This document shows, piece by piece, positions 30,745 through 40,087 of a stretch of 64,000 bases of DNA. The position numbers were made by a program, and so were the translations under genes. Positions within the stretch are counted from its first letter, which is position 1, and each line of letters opens with the position of its first letter. Origin of the DNA: an uncultured Bacteroidales bacterium (GTDB lineage Bacteria > Bacteroidota > Bacteroidia > Bacteroidales > UBA10428); contig CAZQCO010000008.1 of the NCBI GenBank assembly GCA_964592225.1, positions 3-64,002 of the forward strand, read 5' to 3'. The notes under the pieces were generated by a model that was not told where the DNA came from, made no database searches, and saw only the letters and a program-made list of their open reading frames with translations.

Positions 30745-32329
30745 CTGAATCGGGAGATGAAAAGAGGAAAAATGAATAGAAGAACGCAAAAAATGAAGCA
30801 CCTACATGGGTTTCAAGGGTATCTTCGTTAAGCATAGACAGTATACCGATTAGGAAAAAAATGGTGAAAAGAAAATAGGTATATTTTTTTTCAAGTATAG
30901 GTGGAGTGAATAAGGCAAATAGAATTAACAGGAAACCGGTAATACCAAAAGTCACAAAAAAAGTGATAAGCTGATTATGTGTCCTGTGTCGCCATTCGTA
31001 TTTCAATAATGACTTGTCAAATGTGTATTGCTTATAGAACTCCATCTTTACGTCCCCTGTTCCGGTTCCAAACCAGAAGTTGCGCTTAATTATATGCATG
31101 GCGGTTTTAAGATACTCAATTCGTTGTCCAAGAGATTGACCGCTCGGATCACCGGTTTCCTTGTATTTATTCATTTCCCATAACAATTCATAGATTCGGG
31201 GGTATAAAGCAAATTTATTCTTGTATAAACAGTTAGTATACCCCTTTTCAATCATTTGAATATCCTCCACACTAAGTTGAGTTAAACCCAGTGAATCCTT
31301 TCGTAATCCCAGGGAAGTCATATAGCGAATAAGAGTACTGTGTATGGGTTGCCCCTTTCGGTCGACACTATCGTATTTGTAAAGACTGATTTTATTCCAT
31401 TCCTTTTTCAATTCTTCTCTACTAATATATATCCATATTTTATGTCCATTTTCATAATCTTCTTTCTCAGGATGATGTAAATATATATTTCCGTTCAATG
31501 TAGTGGTTTCTAATACTTGGTTATTCTCAGGATATTTTTTATCATATCGGGCATAACAAAGTCCGGCATATATGAAAATAAGCAGCCCAATAAGAAGGGT
31601 AGCAATGTATGAGGAGATTATCCATTTTCTGTTGTTTCTTTTGTAAGAACACCAAATTATGGATACCGGTAATAAAATTAAAAATATAACGATACCAGTA
31701 AACGATTGCAATAATATGAGAAAACAGATAAACCAGATCATTGCTACAATGTATGTTGTTTTCTGCCATAAAGGCAATTTTATATCCTGGTAAAAAGTCA
31801 AATAAAAAAGGCTGTAAATTGAAAGCACTACAATAAGTGAGAAGCGGATATGAGAGATAAATAGTGAAGCATAGCGGGAATCGATGGGGTCGAGCCATGA
31901 GAAACCGAGGAGAACATAAGTGGTTATAAATGAGCTTACTAATACAGTGGCAATAAAAAGTTGAAGGATTCGGGTAAAGTGAATTTTAGAAAGTTTTGGG
32001 ACGGTTCCGTAAATTATGGGAAGCGCCAGAAGAGGAAGTTTTATTCGAAGGTCGCGTATGGCAAAAGAAAAATCTGTAGTATTAATCAACCAGATTATAT
32101 GAATAAAATAGATTGAAATAAGCAGGAGTATTGCCTTTCGGGATTTAAGGTATTGCCATTTTTCGTGTAGGACGGACCAATTACCTGACAATGGAATAAT
32201 TTCAATTATCCAGTTAGCTGATAGAAGAAGGATTGAGAGGCTTAGCATAAAAGGGGAAAGAGGCAACCCAACAACCAGCATGGAAGTACCAAGAAGGAAA
32301 ATATAGAAATGAATTTTTCTGGGCAACAT
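30728..32329 (-). CDS. O-antigen-ligase/polymerase-like polytopic membrane protein with a large soluble insert
   Basis: About 10 TM segments and a ~190-aa hydrophilic loop, then FWFGTGTGD and more TM segments, as in Wzy_C/O-antigen-ligase-domain proteins. Confidence 0.55.
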   Translation of the reverse strand: MLPRKIHFYIFLLGTSMLVVGLPLSPFMLSLSILLLSANWIIEIIPLSGNWSVLHEKWQYLKSRKAILLLISIYFIHIIWLINTTDFSFAIRDLRIKLPLLALPIIYGTVPKLSKIHFTRILQLFIATVLVSSFITTYVLLGFSWLDPIDSRYASLFISHIRFSLIVVLSIYSLFYLTFYQDIKLPLWQKTTYIVAMIWFICFLILLQSFTGIVIFLILLPVSIIWCSYKRNNRKWIISSYIATLLIGLLIFIYAGLCYARYDKKYPENNQVLETTTLNGNIYLHHPEKEDYENGHKIWIYISREELKKEWNKISLYKYDSVDRKGQPIHSTLIRYMTSLGLRKDSLGLTQLSVEDIQMIEKGYTNCLYKNKFALYPRIYELLWEMNKYKETGDPSGQSLGQRIEYLKTAMHIIKRNFWFGTGTGDVKMEFYKQYTFDKSLLKYEWRHRTHNQLITFFVTFGITGFLLILFALFTPPILEKKYTYFLFTIFFLIGILSMLNEDTLETHVGASFFAFFYSFFLFSSPDSDDSGS

Positions 32330-32481
32330 TAAATCTCTGCTTTACTTTACAAATTAAATGATTTAACTGTTGTAATGCATAAAATTAAAGAAAAATCTAT
32401 TCTTACTGAATTAATGGCACAAAGCATTGATTAACTGAAAATATCGAATTCATTCGGAGCTGCCAATTAATTTATTTTTCT

Positions 32482-32514
32482 TTTGCTTATTTCATAAAAA
32501 TAATTGTATTTTTG
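32482..32514 (+). promoter_or_regulatory. Bacteroidota-type promoter for rplM-rpsI-rpsB-tsf (-33 TTTG, -7 TATTTTTG)
   Basis: TTTG at 32482..32485, a 21-nt spacer, then TATTTTTG at 32507..32514, about 58 nt upstream of the rplM GTG. Confidence 0.45.
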
Positions 32515-32572
32515 CACTCCACAAATTTTGGGTGGTACTGTATATAGTAAGAAAATTTAAATAAGTTGCATT

Positions 32573-33028
32573 GTGGATACATTGAGTTATAAAACCAAAT
32601 CGGCCAGCAAAGATACAGTTATAAAAGATTGGTATATTGTCGATGCTACAGATGAAGTACTGGGAAGACTTTCGGCCAAAGTGGCAAAAATACTTCGTGG
32701 TAAGAATAAACCCGCCTTTACTCCGCACGCCGATTGTGGTGATAATGTTATTATAATCAATGCTGAAAAGATCAGACTTACAGGCAATAAATCTACCGAT
32801 AAGAAGTATATTCGATATACGGGTTATCCCGGTGGACAGCGTACGGAATCGATTGAACATCTTTTACATCGCAGTCCTCCGAAAGTAGTCGAAAATGCAA
32901 TTCGGGGAATGCTCCCAAAAACAAGACTTGGAAGGGCTATTTTTAATAACCTTTATATTTATGAAGGAAACGAACATCCACATCAGGCGCAACAACCCAA
33001 AGAACTTAAGTTAAATACGATTAAATAA
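32573..33028 (+). CDS. rplM: 50S ribosomal protein L13
   Basis: DTLSYKTKSA...KDWYIVDATDEVLGRLSAKVAKILRGKNKPAFTPH. GTG start. Confidence 0.95.
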   Translation: MDTLSYKTKSASKDTVIKDWYIVDATDEVLGRLSAKVAKILRGKNKPAFTPHADCGDNVIIINAEKIRLTGNKSTDKKYIRYTGYPGGQRTESIEHLLHRSPPKVVENAIRGMLPKTRLGRAIFNNLYIYEGNEHPHQAQQPKELKLNTIK

Positions 33029-33033
33029 TTACG

Positions 33034-33420
33034 ATGGAAGTAGTAAATGCTTTAGGAAGAAGAAAAACAGCAGTTGCCAGAGTATATCTGAACGATGGTA
33101 AAGGAAACATTGTTGTAAACAGCAAGGACATTAAAGAGTACTTCCCTATTCAACAACTTCAATATATTGTCACACAACCTCTCGCTTTAACTGATTCGGA
33201 AGGTAAATTTGACATTAAAGTAAATTTATATGGAGGAGGATCCAAAGGACAGGCAGAAGCATTACGACTTGCAATTGCAAGAGCTCTTATTAAAATTGAC
33301 CCTGAGAATAGAACTATTCTGAAATCAAATAAAATGCTTACCCGCGATCCTCGTGAGGTTGAGCGTAAAAAGCCTGGCCAGCCAAAAGCCAGAAAACGAT
33401 TCCAGTTCAGTAAACGATAG
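33034..33420 (+). CDS. rpsI: 30S ribosomal protein S9
   Basis: GRRKTAVARVYL...GGGSKGQAEALRLAIARAL...RDPREVERKKPGQPKARKRFQFSKR. Confidence 0.95.
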   Translation: MEVVNALGRRKTAVARVYLNDGKGNIVVNSKDIKEYFPIQQLQYIVTQPLALTDSEGKFDIKVNLYGGGSKGQAEALRLAIARALIKIDPENRTILKSNKMLTRDPREVERKKPGQPKARKRFQFSKR

Positions 33421-33515
33421 GTCCTTATTTTGTTTAGCATCTAAACACTGAAGACTTCCGTTATTTCGGGACTACTTCAGGGTTGAGTAATAAAGAAAGT
33501 AAACAAGTTAAAAAT

Positions 33516-34439
33516 ATGTCACGATCAAATTTCAACGAATTATTAGATGCAGGTGTACATTTTGGTCACCTGAAAAGAAAATGGAATCCTCATATGGCTC
33601 CTTATATTTTTATGGAGCGCGGAGGGATTCATATTATCGATTTGCATAAAACAGTGGCCAAGCTCGATGAGGCTTGTTCAGCCCTAAAACAAATTTCCAA
33701 ATCGGGAAGAAAAATACTGTTTGTTGCTACAAAGAAACAAGCCAAAGATATTGTTGCCGAGAGGGTTCAGCAGATTAATATGCCTTTTGTAACAGAGCGT
33801 TGGCCAGGTGGAATGCTTACAAACTTTCCTACTATCCGCAAAGCGGTGAAAAAGATGGCTTCCATTGATAAAATGGCTACCGATGGAACTTTCGATAATA
33901 TGTCGAAACGGGAAAAACTTCAAATCACACGACAAAGGGCAAAACTTGAGAAAAACCTGGGTAGCATTGCCGATCTTACTCGCTTACCTGCAGCTATGTT
34001 CATTATCGATATAGTGAAGGAAAATATAGCGGTTAAAGAAGCAAAACGGTTGAGTATACCGGTATTTGCAATGGTTGATACTAATTCCGACCCGAATATT
34101 ATTGAATTTCCAATCCCGGCAAATGATGATGCTTCCAAATCGATTTCTCTAATCATTGATAAAGTATGCCAGGCTATTGCCGAGGGACTGGAAGAACGAA
34201 AGATGGAGAAGGAAAAAGAAGGAGCGGCTAAGGATAAGGAAGATGATTCAGAAGAAGAATTAGAAAGAACTCCTAAAAAATCGACAGCGAAAAAAGGAAA
34301 AGATAGCGATGGAGAAGATGCAGACGAAGAAATAGTAGATGAGGACCTCAACGAAGTTGATGAGGTCATTGATAGCAAAAAGCACAAGGATAGTAAAAGA
34401 AAAGAATTGACTTCTGATGAAGTATCAGATGATGAATAA
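33516..34439 (+). CDS. rpsB: 30S ribosomal protein S2 with an ~80-aa acidic/lysine-rich C-terminal extension
   Basis: LLDAGVHFGHLKRKWNPHMAPYIF...TERWPGGMLTNF...DTNSDP. ATG at 33516 is preferred over TTG at 33483. Confidence 0.9.
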   Translation: MSRSNFNELLDAGVHFGHLKRKWNPHMAPYIFMERGGIHIIDLHKTVAKLDEACSALKQISKSGRKILFVATKKQAKDIVAERVQQINMPFVTERWPGGMLTNFPTIRKAVKKMASIDKMATDGTFDNMSKREKLQITRQRAKLEKNLGSIADLTRLPAAMFIIDIVKENIAVKEAKRLSIPVFAMVDTNSDPNIIEFPIPANDDASKSISLIIDKVCQAIAEGLEERKMEKEKEGAAKDKEDDSEEELERTPKKSTAKKGKDSDGEDADEEIVDEDLNEVDEVIDSKKHKDSKRKELTSDEVSDDE

Positions 34440-34465
34440 AATATTAACCAGAAAAAATTTATAGA

Positions 34466-35293
34466 ATGGCCCAGATAACTGCAACTGAGGTAAACAAATT
34501 ACGTAAGACAACGGGTGCCGGAATGATGGATTGTAAAAAGGCACTGCAGGAAGCAGATGGTAATTTTGAAAAGGCAATTGAAATAATCCGCAAGAAAGGA
34601 CAGGCTATCGCAAACAAACGTGCCGACAGGGATGCCAGTGAGGGTGTGGTATTGGCAAAGCTGAACAGCGATAAAACCATGGGAGCCATGATTGTTTTAA
34701 ACTGTGAAACTGATTTTGTTGCCAAGAACGAAGATTTTATCGGATTTGCGCAGAGCATTCTTGATAAAGCGGTTGAAAACAATCCGGCCGATCTTGAATT
34801 GCTTAAACAAACCAAACTTGACGATAAAACTATTTCCGATAAAATTTTAGAACAAGTTGGAATCATAGGAGAAAAACTGGAATTGGCATATTTCGATAAA
34901 ATTTCTGCCGCTCAGGTAGTTACTTATATTCATCCGGGAAATAAACTGGCAACCATCGTTGGTTTCAATAAAACAACCTCCGAACAGGTAGCAAAAGATA
35001 TCGCCATGCAGGTAGCTGCAATGAGTCCTGTTGCTGTCGATAAAAGCGATGTTTCCGAAGAAATTATCGAAAAAGAAAAGGAAATTGGCAGGGAACAGGC
35101 CCGACGGGAAGGAAAGCCTGAAAATATACTGGATAAAATAGCTGAAGGCAAACTGAATAAATTTTTCAAAGAAAGTACTTTATTAAACCAGGAATTTACA
35201 AAGGACAATAAAAAATCTATACGTCAATATCTTCAGGAAAATGATAAGGAATTAACTGTTACTGCTTTCCTGAGATATTCCCTGAATAATTAA
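34466..35293 (+). CDS. tsf: Elongation factor Ts
   Basis: ITATEVNKLRKTTGAGMMDCKKALQEADGNFEKAIEIIRKKG. Confidence 0.95.
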   Translation: MAQITATEVNKLRKTTGAGMMDCKKALQEADGNFEKAIEIIRKKGQAIANKRADRDASEGVVLAKLNSDKTMGAMIVLNCETDFVAKNEDFIGFAQSILDKAVENNPADLELLKQTKLDDKTISDKILEQVGIIGEKLELAYFDKISAAQVVTYIHPGNKLATIVGFNKTTSEQVAKDIAMQVAAMSPVAVDKSDVSEEIIEKEKEIGREQARREGKPENILDKIAEGKLNKFFKESTLLNQEFTKDNKKSIRQYLQENDKELTVTAFLRYSLNN

Positions 35294-35317
35294 ACATTCA
35301 AACACACAAGATTATTT

Positions 35318-35347
35318 AAAGAGACTCATTGTAGTCTCTTTTTTTTG
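35318..35347 (+). terminator. Rho-independent terminator after tsf
   Basis: AAAGAGACT-CATTGT-AGTCTCTTT followed by a T-run. Confidence 0.7.
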
Positions 35348-35390
35348 TGTCGTTATGAAATTGAATTAACTTCGTTCAAAATCCTGTGAT

Positions 35391-36104
35391 ATGTTAAAAT
35401 ACAAACGTATACTTCTGAAACTGAGTGGTGAAGCCCTTATGGGTAGGAAACAACAGGGGATTGATGAAAACCGGTTGCTGGAATATGTCCGACAGGTAAA
35501 GGATGCTTCTGATCAGGGAGTTGAGATTGGCATTGTTATAGGCGGGGGTAATATTTTCAGGGGCATGTCAGGAGAAAAGGCTGGGTTCGATCGTATTAAA
35601 GGGGATTATATGGGGATGTTAGCCACTGTCATAAACGGACTCGCCATTCAATCGGCTCTTGAATCGGTAGGGGGGAAATGTAGTGTGCTGACCGCTATCG
35701 AAATGTCGCCTGTTGGAATACGATATACACCTAAAAGAGTTAGTAAGGCATTTGAAAACGACGAAGTGGTAATATTTACTTTTGGTACAGGAAATCCCTT
35801 TTTTACTACCGATACAGCTGCAGCTTTACGAGCGATTGAGATCAGGGCCGATGTTCTGCTAAAAGGTACGCGTGTCGACGGAATATACACTGCTGATCCG
35901 GAGAGAGATCCGAAAGCGAAGAAATTTGATACAATCACTTTCGCCGAAGCCTACAAACGGGGATTAAAAATCATGGATCTTACTGCCATTACTATGTGTT
36001 CGGAAAATAGCATTCCTGTTGTTGTATTTGATATGAATAAGAAGGGGAATCTGATAAAACTGATAAAGGGAGAAGAAATTGGTACAGTAGTTACTAATGA
36101 TTAG
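35391..36104 (+). CDS. pyrH: UMP kinase
   Basis: YKRILLKLSGEAL..., GIVIGGGNIFRG, GTGNPFFTTDTAAALRA. Confidence 0.95.
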   Translation: MLKYKRILLKLSGEALMGRKQQGIDENRLLEYVRQVKDASDQGVEIGIVIGGGNIFRGMSGEKAGFDRIKGDYMGMLATVINGLAIQSALESVGGKCSVLTAIEMSPVGIRYTPKRVSKAFENDEVVIFTFGTGNPFFTTDTAAALRAIEIRADVLLKGTRVDGIYTADPERDPKAKKFDTITFAEAYKRGLKIMDLTAITMCSENSIPVVVFDMNKKGNLIKLIKGEEIGTVVTND

Positions 36105-36173
36105 GAACACAGATTATTTAATCCTTTAAATATTTTTTTATTTTTGTTCCTATAGAAACAAATCCAGACCTCT

Positions 36174-36737
36174 ATGGAAGACGAAATTCAATTACAATTA
36201 GAAGATACACAGGAAAAGATGCACAAGGCCATTCAGCATCTCGAAGATGAATTAATCCGGGTTCGGGCAGGGAAAGCAACTCCTAATATACTCGATGGGA
36301 TTAATGTTGATTACTATGGGGCATTGACTCCTCTGAATCAAGTATCGAATATTAGTACTCCCGATGCGAAGACAATTGCTGTTCAACCCTGGGAAAAATC
36401 AATGATCGGACCTATCGAAAAAGCTATAATGGCAGCAAATATAGGGCTGACTCCTGCCAACAATGGAGAACTCATTCGTATTAATATACCCCCGCTAACT
36501 GAGGAGCGTCGCATATCACTGGTCAAGCAAATTAAAAACATGGCTGAAAATACCAGGGTAAGTATCCGCAATTCACGACGAGAGGGTAACGAAGCGTTCA
36601 AACAAATGAAAAAAGACGGTTTATCGGAAGACCAGGAAAAAGAATCGGAAATAAAAATTCAGGAGATGACCGATAACTCTATAAGCGAAGTTGATAAGCT
36701 TCTTGAAGCTAAAGAAAAAGAGATAATGACGGTTTAA
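36174..36737 (+). CDS. frr: Ribosome recycling factor
   Basis: MHKAIQHLEDELIRVRAGKATPNILDGINVDYYG..., PPLTEERR. Confidence 0.95.
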   Translation: MEDEIQLQLEDTQEKMHKAIQHLEDELIRVRAGKATPNILDGINVDYYGALTPLNQVSNISTPDAKTIAVQPWEKSMIGPIEKAIMAANIGLTPANNGELIRINIPPLTEERRISLVKQIKNMAENTRVSIRNSRREGNEAFKQMKKDGLSEDQEKESEIKIQEMTDNSISEVDKLLEAKEKEIMTV

Positions 36738-36764
36738 GTTATGGATCTTTAATACATTGGAAAG

Positions 36765-36795
36765 CTGTTCTGAATAGGACAGTTTTTTCTTTTTT
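36765..36795 (+). terminator. Terminator hairpin after frr
   Basis: CTGTTC-TGAATA-GGACAG (one G-U pair), followed by TTTTTTCTTTTTT. Confidence 0.5.
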
Positions 36796-36858
36796 AAAGA
36801 TTATTACTCAACATATTTGAAAACTCCGGCAATTATTCATTATAATAATTAAGTTATC

Positions 36859-37866
36859 CTATTTCTCCAGCAGTTCAAAAACCTCATCCAGGTTGGGTTC
36901 GAGAATAATTTCTGTACGCCGGTTTTTCTGGCGGGCATCAGCTGTCTTACCAGGATCGACCGGGTAAAATTCACCGTGTCCTGCAGCCGTCAATCGTTTC
37001 GGATTGATAGTGGAACCATCGAGCAAAATTCGTATTATAGCAGTGGCCCGCTGAACGCTCAAATCCCAGTTATCGGCATAGCGCGATCCTGGTTTTATAG
37101 GTACGTCATCGGTATGTCCTTCGATCATGATATTAATATCCCGGTTTTGTTCCAGTACCGATGCCAGCTTTTGCAGGGCAACTTTTCCTCGAGGATCTAC
37201 TTCGGTACTTCCACTGGGGAAGAGAAGTTTTTCATCGAGTGAAACATAGACTTTGCCGTTCTTTTTGGTTATTGTGAGACCCTGGTTCTCGAAACCTGTA
37301 AGCGCAGCCGATAATTTTTGTTTCAGGGCTTCAGCCTGTGCATCCTTCTGAGCGATGATCCGTTGCAATTCAAGCAGTTGTGCATTGTTTTTCTCTAATT
37401 CAAGGGTCAAACGGTTCAACTCTTCCCTCTCCTTATCAAGTTTTGCCTGTAACTGGTTTAACTGATCCTCGCGCTGATACAGATTACTTTGAGTTGCATC
37501 AAGTTTTCCCATTAGGTTGCGTGTTTCCGTATCGCTGCCACTGATGGCTGTTTGATAGGATCGCTGAAGTTCTTCGTATCGTTTGTTAAGTTGTTCATAT
37601 CTGCCTTTAAGCACTTTCAATTCTTCGGCATTTGCAATGACGCTTTCCTCGATACGTTTTTTAGCGTCTTCGGCTAATTCAATGTTGGCCTTAAGTTCAG
37701 TATTTTCAACTGTTAATTTTTCGTTTTCAGCTAATAGCTCGTCTCGTTCCTGTCTGCAATCATTTCTATCACTTTCCGATTCTGAAAATAATTGAGGAGG
37801 AACACAAGAAAATGTCAATAATATTGAGAAAGTAGCAAACAAAGTATATGGGATAAGTGTTTTCAT
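36859..37866 (-). CDS. OmpA/MotB-domain lipoprotein-like protein with a long coiled coil
   Basis: Signal/lipobox-like N-terminus (LLTFSC), a ~170-aa heptad-rich coiled coil, and a C-terminal OmpA_C block (IEGHTDDVP...NWDLSVQRA...NRRTEI). Confidence 0.8.
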   Translation of the reverse strand: MKTLIPYTLFATFSILLTFSCVPPQLFSESESDRNDCRQERDELLAENEKLTVENTELKANIELAEDAKKRIEESVIANAEELKVLKGRYEQLNKRYEELQRSYQTAISGSDTETRNLMGKLDATQSNLYQREDQLNQLQAKLDKEREELNRLTLELEKNNAQLLELQRIIAQKDAQAEALKQKLSAALTGFENQGLTITKKNGKVYVSLDEKLLFPSGSTEVDPRGKVALQKLASVLEQNRDINIMIEGHTDDVPIKPGSRYADNWDLSVQRATAIIRILLDGSTINPKRLTAAGHGEFYPVDPGKTADARQKNRRTEIILEPNLDEVFELLEK

Positions 37867-37970
37867 AATGAATTAATCATTTTAACAACGAATTTACAAG
37901 ATGCTGCCAGTCTGCTCAAACTATCTCATTAAGAATTATTAACTTTGAACGTTTTTCTGTTGAAAATATT

Positions 37971-39890
37971 ATGGAGAATTCCTACCCTTTGCTGGAAACT
38001 ATAAATATTCCGGCTGATTTAAAACGGTTGAAAATTGAAGAGCTGGTTCAGGTAAGTAAAGAACTGCGGCAATTTATTATTGATGAGGTATCTAATAATC
38101 CCGGGCATCTCGGAGCCAGTCTTGGAGTTGTTGAACTTACAGTGGCCTTACATTATGCCTACAACACACCCTTCGATAAGATCATTTGGGATGTAGGCCA
38201 TCAGGCATATGGGCATAAAATACTTACCGGGCGCAGAGAGTTATTTCATTCAAATCGTAAATACAAGGGAATCAGCGGCTTTCCGAAGATGGATGAAAGT
38301 GAATACGATTCATTCGGGACCGGGCATTCTTCAACATCCATTTCAGCTGCTCTGGGTATAGCCGTAGCCGATCGCCAAAACGGAATTAAACGAAATGTGG
38401 CTGCGGTTATTGGTGACGGATCAATGACCGGAGGTCTGGCTTATGAAGGACTTAATAATTCAGGTATCGAAAATACCGATCTGGTAGTAATTCTGAATGA
38501 TAATAATATTTCTATCGATCCAAGTGTGGGTGCACTAAAGGAATACCTCGTAGATATTACCACTTCGAAAACTTATAACCGGTTTAAAAACGATATATGG
38601 AGGATGCTGGGGAAGATCAATAATATTGCCCCGCATGCCCGTGAATATGCGCAAAAACTCGAGAATGGACTTAAATCTATTCTTCTGCGGCAGAGTAATT
38701 TATTTGAAGCCTTCAACTTTCGTTATTTTGGTCCGATCGATGGTCACGATGTACTTCATGTTGCACGTATTCTGGAAGATTTAAAAGGTATTCCCGGTCC
38801 GAAACTGTTACATGTCCTCACAAAAAAAGGGAAAGGATTTACTCAGGCTGAATTACATCAGACACAATTTCATGCCCCTGGCAGATTCAATAGAAAAACG
38901 GGGGAAATAATTAAAATCGAAACAGAAACCAAGCAACCACCACTTTATCAGGAGGTATTCGGTCACACAGTGCTGGAACTCGCACATTTGAATAATAAAA
39001 TTATAGGCATAACGCCTGCCATGTCTACTGGTTGTTCACTTAAAATAATGATGAAAGAAATGCCTGACCGGACTTTTGATGTTGGTATTGCAGAACAACA
39101 TGCAGTGACTTTTGCAGCAGGTATGGCATCACAAGGTTTAATTCCGTTTTGCAATATCTATTCGTCATTTATGCAGAGGGCCTACGACCAGGTAATTCAT
39201 GATGTTGCTCTTCAAAAGCTGAATGTGGTTTTCTGTCTTGACAGGGGAGGACTGGTTGGAGCCGATGGGCCTACACACCATGGAACATACGATATTGCTT
39301 ATATGCGGAGTATACCCGATATGATAGTAGCAGCTCCGATGGATGAAATTGAACTTCGCGATATGATGTATACGGCCCAACTGGGCAAATATGGCCCCTT
39401 CTCTATTCGTTATCCCAAAGGCAAAGGAATGCATACCGAGTGGAGAAAACCTTTTAAAGAGCTGATACCCGGAAAAGCCCGCGTAATTCAGGAGGGTACT
39501 GACATAGCCATTCTTTCCATTGGTAATACCGGCAATTTTGTGCAAGAGGCTTTGCGAAAGCTTAAAACATACTCAATAAGCATAGCTCATTATGATATGA
39601 GGTTTGCAAAACCATTGGATGAAAAATTACTGCATACCGTCTTTAAAAAATTTGACAGAATTATAACCATTGAGGATGGCACGATTGTCGGAGGCTTTGG
39701 TTCGGCTATTATCGAATTTATGTGTGATAATACTTATACTGCCAAAGTAAAACGGCTTGGAATTCCCGACAAGATTATAGAACATGGCTCCCAGGATGAA
39801 TTGTATAAAGAATGTGGATTCGATGCCGATAGTATAATAGCCACTATTCGCTCTATGGTCAAGCCGGGAGTACTCTTCAATGTAGGTTAA
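37971..39890 (+). CDS. dxs: 1-deoxy-D-xylulose-5-phosphate synthase
   Basis: GHLGASLGVVELTVALHY, DVGHQAYGHKILTGR, GDGSMTGGLAYEGLNN, and transketolase-like middle and C-terminal domains. Confidence 0.95.
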   Translation: MENSYPLLETINIPADLKRLKIEELVQVSKELRQFIIDEVSNNPGHLGASLGVVELTVALHYAYNTPFDKIIWDVGHQAYGHKILTGRRELFHSNRKYKGISGFPKMDESEYDSFGTGHSSTSISAALGIAVADRQNGIKRNVAAVIGDGSMTGGLAYEGLNNSGIENTDLVVILNDNNISIDPSVGALKEYLVDITTSKTYNRFKNDIWRMLGKINNIAPHAREYAQKLENGLKSILLRQSNLFEAFNFRYFGPIDGHDVLHVARILEDLKGIPGPKLLHVLTKKGKGFTQAELHQTQFHAPGRFNRKTGEIIKIETETKQPPLYQEVFGHTVLELAHLNNKIIGITPAMSTGCSLKIMMKEMPDRTFDVGIAEQHAVTFAAGMASQGLIPFCNIYSSFMQRAYDQVIHDVALQKLNVVFCLDRGGLVGADGPTHHGTYDIAYMRSIPDMIVAAPMDEIELRDMMYTAQLGKYGPFSIRYPKGKGMHTEWRKPFKELIPGKARVIQEGTDIAILSIGNTGNFVQEALRKLKTYSISIAHYDMRFAKPLDEKLLHTVFKKFDRIITIEDGTIVGGFGSAIIEFMCDNTYTAKVKRLGIPDKIIEHGSQDELYKECGFDADSIIATIRSMVKPGVLFNVG

Positions 39891-40087
39891 CATTCAGTAG
39901 AATCTTTTCGTTAAAAGATTATTCTCCGCAAACATTACTATTTATTATTGCTTTTAACCCTATTCTCAGATTTTTTAGAGATGGTTGATTGCTTTTGATT
40001 CCGCAGAGCACTATTGCTAATAATACAACCGGAATGTAAAATGAATTAAATTCTGTTTTATTAAAGTGGGGAGATTGCTTTGAGCAT

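Noticed and set aside
33920-34387. A 155-aa Ser-rich minus-strand ORF.
   Set aside because: It is the antisense shadow of the GAA/GAT-rich acidic tail of rpsB. Its low-complexity poly-Ser translation is not credible as a gene.
34459-34866. A 135-aa minus-strand ORF.
   Set aside because: It is antisense to tsf, which is unambiguous.
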